A program made the translations under genes and the position numbers. DNA of 62,247 bases from an uncultured Caldisericota bacterium (GTDB lineage Bacteria; Caldisericota; Caldisericia; UBA6126): contig CAZOYI010000255.1 in assembly GCA_964583965.1 (NCBI GenBank), positions 1 to 62,247 of the forward strand. The letters are read 5' to 3'. The notes below the pieces were generated by a model, which had not been told where the DNA came from, did no database searches, and saw only the letters and a list, made by a program, of their open reading frames with translations. Shown here piece by piece: positions 1-9,000 of the stretch; the stretch's first letter is position 1; the number at the start of each line of letters is the position of its first letter.

Positions 1-1172
1 TCATTCATTTTTATCGTGTCGAAGGAGAAATTTCCGTATGAGTCCATTTTTACGACATTTTGATTAACTATCAAAATACAACCTGGTTCAGATTTTCCAG
101 ATATTGTGAGCGTATATCCACAATGGATTTGCCCTTCAGTTGGTGAATACAAAGCGATGGATGGTGGAGTAATGTCTACAAAAAGAACGAGTTCATCAGT
201 AGTACTATATCCAGCTTGGTTTATCACACTATAGCTGATAACATTTTTTCCCGGTTTCAAATGAATAGGTACTCTCGCTAACCCGTTTTCTACTGAATAT
301 ACTTCGTCAGAGATTGAAACAAAAGCAGGTGATATCGAAGTTACAGAAAACGAAACAACAACATCCTGTTGGTTGATCCAAGATCGCTGTCCTGGAGTGA
401 CCTCTGTACAAGAAGGAGGGTAGGGATCAACTTTCCATTGAATAGATCGAACTTGTTCGTGCAGTCCAGAAGACCGCACACCGTAAACATATAGCACATG
501 AATTCCCTCTGGAATCTGTAGAGAAGAATCTTCCAGTTTTGAAAAATCTTCCTCATCAAAAGCGATATAGATTTCTTTTGAACGCTTTGATGTTACATCA
601 ATCATGGGTGCTTTTGAAAACCAGCTATGTTGATTCGACTTTGTTTCCCCTTGAACTTCAACTGCAATAGAATTTAAAGGGGTCGACAAAAGAACTCTAC
701 TAGACTCAAAAAACTCCTCCCATTCTTCCACTAACAAAGTAAACACAAAGGAATCTCCTTGCAATGGATTCTGAATGTGAGCATAAGAAGAAATTGCAAT
801 CGACAACATATTCGTTATTGCAATAGGTGTTTGCAGTCGGATATTGTTATTCTCTGTTTTTTGTACATCAGTTGCTTCAATTCCAGAAAATGTAAAATTC
901 TCTTTTTCTACTTTGGCAATCGTGTATGGTTCAGGAAATAAAATAGTAATCCACGAATACGCAGGTATTTCCTCTTCTAAAAGAGAAAGTGAAATCTCCA
1001 TAGAAGTAATCTCTCCTTTTTCATAGGTTCCTAAAAAAACAGTAAACTGTGCATCTTGTATAGGATGAATAGATTGATTTGATGATTCCTGAGCCATCGT
1101 AAACCCTATATTGGTGATGCAGAAAATCAAAAGAATACCTACGTGTAGCATGAAGTGTTGAATTTTTTTCAT
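1..1172 (-). CDS. Secreted Ig-like-module protein, N-terminal 390 codons only (runs off the left edge). Third gene of the ECF sigma/anti-sigma operon. Missing from the supplied ORF track.
   Basis: I checked every reverse-strand codion in this frame (plus-strand triplets starting at 3,6,...,1170) and found no stop in 390 codons. ATG at 1172..1170 follows AGGAGA plus 6 nt. Translation: MKKIQHFMLHVGILLIFCITNIGFTMAQESS... (signal-like) ...DITPPSIALYSPTEGQIHCGYTLTISGKSEPGCILIVNQNVVKMDSYGNFSF. The ATG overlaps the upstream TGA (ATGA, 1169..1172). Confidence 0.85.
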   Translation of the reverse strand, partial: MKKIQHFMLHVGILLIFCITNIGFTMAQESSNQSIHPIQDAQFTVFLGTYEKGEITSMEISLSLLEEEIPAYSWITILFPEPYTIAKVEKENFTFSGIEATDVQKTENNNIRLQTPIAITNMLSIAISSYAHIQNPLQGDSFVFTLLVEEWEEFFESSRVLLSTPLNSIAVEVQGETKSNQHSWFSKAPMIDVTSKRSKEIYIAFDEEDFSKLEDSSLQIPEGIHVLYVYGVRSSGLHEQVRSIQWKVDPYPPSCTEVTPGQRSWINQQDVVVSFSVTSISPAFVSISDEVYSVENGLARVPIHLKPGKNVISYSVINQAGYSTTDELVLFVDITPPSIALYSPTEGQIHCGYTLTISGKSEPGCILIVNQNVVKMDSYGNFSFDTIKMN

Positions 1173-3403
1173 ATTCGATCTCCTGACCCAGGGATAGCGG
1201 ATTTTTCCCATCCAATATCTGAGGCAATGTACTGCCCATTTTTTAGATACACTTTACAATAGATGAATACGCCCTCATCGAGTAAACCTTGTCCATGGAA
1301 TATAGTAGTGTCATGAATTTGAATAACAATGCCAGTATCCAAGAGAAACCATTTTTGTTCTTCATTCCACTGAACAATCTCTCCTTGCATTAAGAATATT
1401 TCTTTTTCAACTCGAACAATATACCCTTTCAAGACATTTTGGTCATACTGTCCTGATATCTTTACTGTTTTACCAATCTGGAGATTTCCCTGGACTTCCG
1501 TTAAATCATCGATTCGAAGAACACAACCGTTGTCAAGTAAATACAAAGAACCATGTTCAATTTCTTTGGTTATTACAGCTTGTATGTTAACAAGAGTGGA
1601 TAGAGAAAACATTCTCCATTCAAGAGCTACGTGAATGCTACCATACGAAACTGCTTTTCCTTGAAACATGGAGATATCCTCATTGTGTGAGTGAGAAGAG
1701 TGGAGGATGTAGATACGACTACCATCCTGGGGATTATGAAAAATATCAATGCCACTGGGAAGTTGCCCCAAATATTCGACAGGAAACTGCACAACTTGTG
1801 CTTGATTGATAAAATGATTCTGAATGTTGTAAAAATTTTGATCTTCTTCATAACGGATTGATTCTCCTACCGACAAAACTTGAGAAATTTGATCTTTTGA
1901 AATCACTTTTCCACTTAGTAAGTAGTAAAGGTTCTCTTTGACTCCAACAACAATATCGCTTTCTAGTTGTTTTTTTATGCGGGATTCTTTTGGTGTTTTT
2001 GTAGCGATAGTACGCATTGGTGACGTAGACGATTCTTTTTTCACGGTTTCTCTTTGGTGAGAAGCCAAATAGTACTCTTGTTTTTCTTCGATGTAAGGGA
2101 CATGAGATACAATTTCTTCTACCACAAAAAAGGTCCCGTAATCCATTCCTTGGATTGTGACAGTATCATGCTGATTCAAAGAGTTATTCTTTGAAGAGGT
2201 AAAAATGAAGCTAATGTCTAGATCGTCCAAAGTAAATCCATTATGGTATTTTTCTGCAATATGGCCTGTAAGAGTACGCTCAGATGGTTTCTGCAATAAT
2301 GATAAAGAGGTTACAACCCATTTTTCACCCAAAGATTGTGTGGCACGAACAAAAAGATAATCTTCTTTGTTTAAAGGAGAACTAGCTGATTCGCCTTGCA
2401 AAACTTTTTCACTTACAAAGAGTGTTTCTGGAAAACCATCTAACCTACATGTATTTTTTTCTACAGAAAGGACGATTCCTTGCATTGAAATATCGTTTTC
2501 AATGGGCAAATCGATCGCCACAATGTTGGTTCTTGAAGTAACCGATTTAACCGTAAAATGGTAGGTCTTGAAAGGAATCATTTGCTGCATAATAATAAAA
2601 TCAGCATACAATGGTTCTGTAAATGCATCTACTTGAACAGCTCCAGTTGTATAATCAATGGATAATACTGATGCATCAAAAGACTCAAATGCTTGCCCAG
2701 GGAGTACATTGAATTGCTCAAGATATGAGTTAAATTCGCGCCAGGTTTTCCAGAGCGGTAAATTAGCGTTACGAATAGCTTGGAAATATAGATCTCTCTG
2801 TGCATACCGGTAGATTGTGTGGTATGAGACATCAGAATTCATCCCAATAAATTTTACAAATAACAACATGTTTCGATTGTTTTCATTGTTGCTATACAAG
2901 AACTCTCGTTCCTCTTTTGTTTCACAAAAGTACCTGGCAAATTGAAGTTGTTCTTCTTTTGGAGACGTAAACTCAGCTTCCAATAAAATGTTTGATGGAG
3001 GACTTTTCATAACTACTTTAAATTTTTCGTTCAATAGAAGAGAAAAGGTTGTATTTGTGTTTGCAACAGGAACCGTAAAGATAGCAGCCACAAGAATGCA
3101 GATTGTAAACAGGGCTACAACAAATCCCCGACGAGTAAAGGAAGATGTCTTTCTTTCTGATGCTTTTTCTCTTTGGATTCTGTTTGCAGTAGTATAGATA
3201 CAATTGCGAATCTTCCAATTCAAATCTGAAGAAAAATGAGAAGGAATATCCGTGGATATGGGAGTAAACTTCTTAAGAACAGAAGAAGAAGTAACAATTT
3301 GCTCACACAAAGGACAGTTTTGAATATGATCCTGTATCCAATCTGGCAAAGATTGGTTAGGATTCTTTTGTAGCCATTTTTCTACTTTTCTACATATATT
3401 CAT
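1169..3403 (-). CDS. Zinc-binding (ZAS-type) anti-sigma factor with one TM helix and a ~620-aa extracytoplasmic region of repeated ~55-aa modules
   Basis: H-x3-C-x2-C motif (HIQNCPLC) near the N-terminus. TM segment GFVVALFTICILVAAIFTV. At least 4 repeats of the type G-[IV]-[IV]..[FL].LD.G..[IV]....T...G.L..G..V. Start trimmed to ATG 3403, which has GAAGGGGGG upstream and forms ATGA with the sigma-gene stop. The track start 3424 is a TTG. Confidence 0.8.
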   Translation of the reverse strand: MNICRKVEKWLQKNPNQSLPDWIQDHIQNCPLCEQIVTSSSVLKKFTPISTDIPSHFSSDLNWKIRNCIYTTANRIQREKASERKTSSFTRRGFVVALFTICILVAAIFTVPVANTNTTFSLLLNEKFKVVMKSPPSNILLEAEFTSPKEEQLQFARYFCETKEEREFLYSNNENNRNMLLFVKFIGMNSDVSYHTIYRYAQRDLYFQAIRNANLPLWKTWREFNSYLEQFNVLPGQAFESFDASVLSIDYTTGAVQVDAFTEPLYADFIIMQQMIPFKTYHFTVKSVTSRTNIVAIDLPIENDISMQGIVLSVEKNTCRLDGFPETLFVSEKVLQGESASSPLNKEDYLFVRATQSLGEKWVVTSLSLLQKPSERTLTGHIAEKYHNGFTLDDLDISFIFTSSKNNSLNQHDTVTIQGMDYGTFFVVEEIVSHVPYIEEKQEYYLASHQRETVKKESSTSPMRTIATKTPKESRIKKQLESDIVVGVKENLYYLLSGKVISKDQISQVLSVGESIRYEEDQNFYNIQNHFINQAQVVQFPVEYLGQLPSGIDIFHNPQDGSRIYILHSSHSHNEDISMFQGKAVSYGSIHVALEWRMFSLSTLVNIQAVITKEIEHGSLYLLDNGCVLRIDDLTEVQGNLQIGKTVKISGQYDQNVLKGYIVRVEKEIFLMQGEIVQWNEEQKWFLLDTGIVIQIHDTTIFHGQGLLDEGVFIYCKVYLKNGQYIASDIGWEKSAIPGSGDRI

Positions 3404-3966
3404 GAAATACCCCCCTTCTTGCAAAATAACACTTTTTTTGCTAGTTTTTTTCTGCTGTTAAATAGTCTGCTTTTTACTGTTCCCTCTGGAATACTGAAGC
3501 GAATAGCAAGATCCGTTATTGTGAAATTTTCCATATAAAACAATGTAAGAATTTGTTTTTCATCCTCAGAAAGCATATCCATCGCAGTACTCAGAAGCCT
3601 TATTTCCTCTTCATCCATTAAGTTTTCATCGGTTTGTGAAACATCCTCGGATGCATAATTATCAAAGCAATCCCCACCAGGAACAATACGATTCTTCTTT
3701 CGAAACATTGTATTTGCTTGATTGTGCATAATCCTGTGGAGCCATGGTCGAATCGGATAATCTGTGTTAAACCGATCAATCGTTTGGAAAAAAGTCATAA
3801 ATGCTTCTGCTGCAATATCTTGCGCATCATCTGCATTTTTCGTGACTCCAAAAGCTGCTCGTAGGATTTCTTGTTCAAATTCTTTGTAGATTACAGTCAT
3901 TGCTTCTGAGTCTCCTTGTTTTGCTCGTAAAATGAGTTCTTTTTCTTCTTTACGGGTTAAGCTCAT
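3400..3966 (-). CDS. ECF-type RNA polymerase sigma-70 family factor
   Basis: Region 2 (DAQDIAAEAFMTFFQTIDRFNTDYPIRPWLHRIMHNQANTMFRKK) and region 4 HTH (LSEDEKQILTLFYMENFTITDLAIRFSIPEGTVKSRLFNSRKKL). Followed directly by an anti-sigma gene. Confidence 0.9.
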   Translation of the reverse strand: MSLTRKEEKELILRAKQGDSEAMTVIYKEFEQEILRAAFGVTKNADDAQDIAAEAFMTFFQTIDRFNTDYPIRPWLHRIMHNQANTMFRKKNRIVPGGDCFDNYASEDVSQTDENLMDEEEIRLLSTAMDMLSEDEKQILTLFYMENFTITDLAIRFSIPEGTVKSRLFNSRKKLAKKVLFCKKGGIS

Positions 3967-4117
3967 GATGTTTCACACAAGACCCGGACCAGTCAATTTC
4001 ATAGGTTGCCTGCCTCAATATTTTCTACAAATAATAGGATGTACCGTGAAAACGGTTCAATGAAAGTAGAGAAAAAAAGAAAAATAAAAAAAAGGAGATA
4101 AAGAAGTAAAAAAGTAG

Positions 4118-4597
4118 TTAGGGATTGGATTGCTTTTGTACAAAAGGAGCCTTATCGGCTAATAGAGCAGCTACTTTTTCCAGTAGAAGTTGATCTTCTT
4201 GGGTAAAAGCTCCTTTTGTATGACTATCAATATCAATAACGCCTAAAACTTCATTGTTTCGAATGATAGGAACGACGATTTCAGATTTTACAACCAAACT
4301 GCAAGCAATATAGTTATCACAGGATGACACGTCGTCGACAATCATGGTTTTCTTGTCATGGGCAACTTCTCCACAAACACCTTTTGGTAACTCAATAATT
4401 GTGTGTTCAGTGGGGTGCCCTAAAAAAGTTTCCAAGTGTAGTGCTTCTGCATCAAGCAGATATATGCCAACCCAATCATAGCGAGAATTTCCATTTTTCA
4501 GGTCAAACACAACATCATTTAGGGTGTAGCGCCAAATTGTATTTGCTGAAATTGTTTCAACAATCGTTTGGTAGAGTTTTTCATATTTTGCTTTCAT
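4118..4597 (-). CDS. GAF-domain protein, free methionine-(R)-sulfoxide reductase-like
   Basis: Single GAF domain with GVCGEVA and NYIACS motifs, as in the YebR/fRMsr family. MKAKYEKLYQ aligns with the family N-terminus, so the start is trimmed to ATG 4597 from the track's 4684. Confidence 0.7.
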   Translation of the reverse strand: MKAKYEKLYQTIVETISANTIWRYTLNDVVFDLKNGNSRYDWVGIYLLDAEALHLETFLGHPTEHTIIELPKGVCGEVAHDKKTMIVDDVSSCDNYIACSLVVKSEIVVPIIRNNEVLGVIDIDSHTKGAFTQEDQLLLEKVAALLADKAPFVQKQSNP

Positions 4598-4664
4598 GGG
4601 TAGTATTATACGAATATCATAAAAAAATTCTCCTCCTGAATTATTTTTTGATACACTAAGCGAT

Positions 4665-6092
4665 ATGAATATGTTGCAGAACATCTTTTACGCTTTACTA
4701 TCTGTCATTGGTATGGTACTTACCATACGCTTTTTTCTTTTTTTTCTTCTAGGTTGCAGAGAAAAATCAACTTCCAGACAAACAAAGTCTCAATTGTCAG
4801 ACAATTCTCTTTTTTTCAGTATTTTTATCCCTGCAAAAGAAGAATCCCAAGTAATAACAACAACCTTACATAAAGTATTACAAATCCAATATCCGAAAGA
4901 GAAGCAAGAAATTTTAATTATTACTGATCAAAAAGAAACTCTGAGAGTAGGCACTGCTTCCACTCGTAGAGTTCTTGAAAAGTGGATCCAAGAAAACCAT
5001 GCATTCACCAAGTATTCCTCTGACAAGAATCAATCCTACTTCAAAGGAGATTCGATTCCCTCCATATGGATATACGACGTTCCCTCAACCTACAATGGCA
5101 GAATTCCAGGGTCTACCGCAAACTATATGGTTCCTTCTTCTAAGGGAAGAGCATTGAATTATGCTCTATCGACCCATTCCTTCACAAAACCCCATCAATA
5201 CTGCACTTTTTTTGATGCAGAAACACATCCCGATGAATCTATTTTTTTAACCATCGACCGGATGACGTCAAAAACTGAACAGCTCGCTATTTGGCAAGGA
5301 CCAGCACTACAAGTCCGGAATTTTGCACAGTTGTCTCTCTTCTGCAGAATTGCTGCACTAACACAAGCGTTCTCTCACGATTACACTTTACCATCATTAC
5401 TTCGGTGGATTCCCTTTTTAGGTGGCACAAATATGCACATTCCCCATTCTATTCTTTCTTCTATTGGTGGTTTTCGATCTGATTGTGCAACAGAAGACAT
5501 TGATGCAGGAATTCGCATATGGGATCAATGCAACCAAATCCCTCAATTTCTCCCCGTTGTTTGCACAGAACAAACCCCAGCAAGTATAAAGGGATACTTT
5601 AACCAACGTTTGCGGTGGGGGAAGGGCATCATTGATGTTTTGCTCCACTCCAATTACGCATCCGTTCATTCAAAAAGGGAAAGACTTTGGATGCTGTGGA
5701 AGGTATTCTTTTTTGGCCCCTTTGAGTGGTATTTGTTTGGAATACTGTCACTCTTTTATTTGGTTCATACCGTCCAGAGACTTTCTTTCACATTTTCTCC
5801 TGATATCGTAGTATATTTTCTTTTTCTAGGGATTAGTGTGTTATTTTTGTTCTCGCTGTACATCTACTATCGACAATATATGCAGTACAAAGCATTTACA
5901 GAAAAAGAAATCATACAAGGGACATGGCTTGTTCTATACATCTTAGTGGTTCTGCCTTGGATCAGTTTTCTGTATGGACTGCCCTTTATATGGGGAAGTA
6001 TCATTTCGATCGTACAAAGAATAATGCAAAAACCTATTGCTTCGCACAAAGAGTTTTGGATGAAAACACCCAGAACAACCGAAAATAAGTAA
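4665..6092 (+). CDS. Integral-membrane family-2 glycosyltransferase of the processive synthase type
   Basis: N-terminal TM helix. GT2 core FSIFIPAKEE...ILIITD, FFDAETHPDE, ATEDIDAGIRI and the Q-x-x-R-W motif (NQRLRWGKG). About 4 C-terminal TM helices. Confidence 0.85.
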   Translation: MNMLQNIFYALLSVIGMVLTIRFFLFFLLGCREKSTSRQTKSQLSDNSLFFSIFIPAKEESQVITTTLHKVLQIQYPKEKQEILIITDQKETLRVGTASTRRVLEKWIQENHAFTKYSSDKNQSYFKGDSIPSIWIYDVPSTYNGRIPGSTANYMVPSSKGRALNYALSTHSFTKPHQYCTFFDAETHPDESIFLTIDRMTSKTEQLAIWQGPALQVRNFAQLSLFCRIAALTQAFSHDYTLPSLLRWIPFLGGTNMHIPHSILSSIGGFRSDCATEDIDAGIRIWDQCNQIPQFLPVVCTEQTPASIKGYFNQRLRWGKGIIDVLLHSNYASVHSKRERLWMLWKVFFFGPFEWYLFGILSLFYLVHTVQRLSFTFSPDIVVYFLFLGISVLFLFSLYIYYRQYMQYKAFTEKEIIQGTWLVLYILVVLPWISFLYGLPFIWGSIISIVQRIMQKPIASHKEFWMKTPRTTENK

Positions 6093-6093
6093 A

Positions 6094-9000
6094 TTATTCA
6101 TCTGCGGAAGAGGCGAGTGACCATCCTTCTACAACAACCAATTCCTTGCTTTCGTCTATATACTGAACACTAACTCCAAGCTTTTGGAAGATGAGATCAG
6201 CTCGAACTAAGAAATAATTGCCCACTGGTTGTAAAAATACTTCTTCGGTGGTTTCTGTTTTCCCATCAAGCGAATGATATGTATACGAAGAGCTCCCCTT
6301 CTTGGAAGTGAAACGGCCACAGTTTGTGTCAATCAAGATCAGATCTTTTTCGATCGTAAATTGCATATCGAAAAGTCTTCTCATGTCTTGAAGTGAAAGC
6401 CAGATTTTATCATTTTTCACTAAAGAACATAAAGTGCCAATAGCACACGCTTGATCAATGGTAAACAAGGGACTTCCATTTAGAAACTCCCACCGGGGTG
6501 GGACAGTCTGTATTTCAATAGGGATTATTTTCTTAACGGAGTCTATCTCTATCACAATTTCTTGAATCGTTTTCTCCTGAAATTCTCTCCATCCAAAGAT
6601 CTCGACACGGAAAGAAATAGAATTTCTTTTTAAAGGAGTATCATTCGTTCCCCAACCGAATCGAAAATACCTACTAATCACACCGGATGGTAAATGGAGG
6701 GTAATATCTTCGTATGTAGTCGGGATTGATACAGAGAAATACAAAGATGTAGAAGTATTTGGGTATACGTCACAAGAAAGTTGATTGGGGAAAACTACTA
6801 TATCTTCTGCCTTGAGAACCCTCTGGGAAGATTCATGCCTTTCCTTATGGTAAATTCTAATATGTCCAGATTTCTCGTCATATACATACCATTGATCTTC
6901 AGATTCAGTAAAACAGCCAATCGAAGGACATTGTGAAGAAGAAAACGAATCCACGACTACTTGGTCTTTTATGCTGTATATGGAGGATGTATTGCGATCT
7001 AGCAGTGAATAATCATTCTCTGAATATTGTATATTTGTTGGCTTTATAGGAAGAGGGAGAGTGGCTGTTGGGGTGAAGGATAAAAATCCTGCTGTATCAT
7101 AATGGAAAATTCCCTTAGTTGAAGAATCAAAAATGTGCACTTGGTCCTCTGCATCCAGATCCATTTGATCGAATGATGCTGGAATTTGCATGGGACTCTC
7201 ACCAGAAAGTAGTTTGCAAGTATCTGTCAATTCTCCATCCCATTGAAACCAATGCAAAGCAGATTGATATTGATCCAATATACAAAAGCCTGTATCATTC
7301 ACTGCCAATTGATCAGGAAAGAGAGAAGTTTGAATTTGAAGCTTTTCTGAGACTACCATTTTTTTCGATCCTTGGGGACTTATACGAAATTGACGAAACC
7401 AAAACTCTTTTGTTTCATGATGATAAAACAAGATGGAGTAGGTGTCTTTGTACCAATGTGTTGCATAAATGGAATCGATTTCTGGGTGCAATGCTGTAGT
7501 AGAAATACTTTTCAATTCTCCCGTTTGAAGATCTATTAACCGTATTCTCTGATCGGTATAAGGCATACCCTGTTCAATTGCCAAATAGGATGATTCTGGA
7601 ATTCGATGAAGTGACTGCACGTTGGATAAAAAGCTACTATCTTTTTGTGCTTCCTCTACATCACTAGAAAAAAGTTGGGTCTTCGATCCATGAGATAAAA
7701 GATGATCAAAAGTGAACAATCCGCTTTTTAACGCGATTTGACTTTGACCATGATAGGAGTACCCCAAAACAACGGCTCGATTTTTTAACATAGAGATTTT
7801 TTCTACCATATCCAAACCAAGGGAAAGATCGATTTCTTTCTTTTGGGAACGAATCTCTGTTTTGAGATCAAAAAAATACAACTTGGTTGGATTTTGCAAT
7901 GAACCAATAAGGCAAGTAAACGGATCAAGCATAAACAATCGATAGCAATATGACAAAGGAATTTCAAACTCCTGCATTTGAGAACCGTCAACATGAAGTG
8001 TAACCAAAGATCCCCAATAGGAGCATGCATAGATGGTGTCTTCTAAAATTTCAAAGTTATACAAATAATTGGGAATGGTGAGAGAAGACACTAATTTCCC
8101 AGTTGCAAGATCGAAAATATAGAATCCATTGTAAACATCCAAAATATATAAGGTGTCGCGATACACTTCCATGTCTGTCACAGTAGAATAATACACAATT
8201 GGCTGTAAAAACCTTTGGGTAGAGGTAGGCTGAATGATCGACGATAGTTGGGATGTTGTGCGGTCAAGAATTAAGAATTGATCATTCAATGAAAGAATGA
8301 TGTAGTCTTGATGCATTCGGAAAAAGAAGTGATTTGTAATGTGAGAAGACTGAATAAAAGATGGATACTGACGATATAGAAAATCTGGGTACTCAAAAAT
8401 TCGAGTAGTTGATTCACCTTCTACAAGATAGATTCCTGTAGGAGTACTTACATATAACTCGTCTTGATAGACATCGATGCAAGTGGGTAAATACATAGGA
8501 TATTTTTCCCGTCCAAGATAGGATTCATTTTCTTTGGATTCTTCAAAGGTTTGTAGGGATAGGACTTCCACAGTAGGATTCTCATGATGAATTTGCACTT
8601 CAGAAGATATTCGAATCGCTCGTGATGGCATGTAAACCTCAATAGAAGTCTCTGGTAGATATAGCAGGCATTCTACGCTGACAAGAGTTGTTCCATCCAT
8701 AAGAATAGCTGGATGATTTAACGAGTGAGTTTCTCCATCGACAATGATTTCCGTTTCACCGATGCGGAAAGATAACTTCGTATTGTTTTGATGGATGATA
8801 ATGGATTGCGTAGAAGAGTCCCAAAGAATTTCTCCACCCAATGCTTCAACTACATCACGTAGTGGACAGTACGAAATTTGATTCCGATATTGATAGGGTT
8901 GTTGCATGACAATACGTTTTCCATTTGCAACAGCACGAGCATCATCCATATGCATTTCAATCGATTTATAATCGTACCATGGCAGATGTACTTTAACAGC

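Noticed and set aside
341-1239. Short track ORFs (341..559, 759..941, 844..1026, 1021..1239) as independent genes or as remnants of a pseudogene.
   Set aside because: A single uninterrupted 390-codon frame covers the whole region on the minus strand. The short ORFs are alternative-frame noise.
4040-4117. Long purine/A-rich tract (gaaaaaaagaaaaataaaaaaaaggagataaagaagtaaaaaag) as a repeat or regulatory element.
   Set aside because: It is low-complexity, with no repeat unit and no dyad symmetry. It is simply the T-rich 3' flank of the GAF gene on the minus strand. It may help termination, but there is no hairpin.
4598-4684. The longer (188-aa) version of the GAF ORF, starting at ATG 4684 and overlapping the GT2 start.
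   Set aside because: Family N-termini align with MKAKYEKLYQ (ATG 4597). The extra 29 residues are hydrophobic junk spanning the divergent promoter region.
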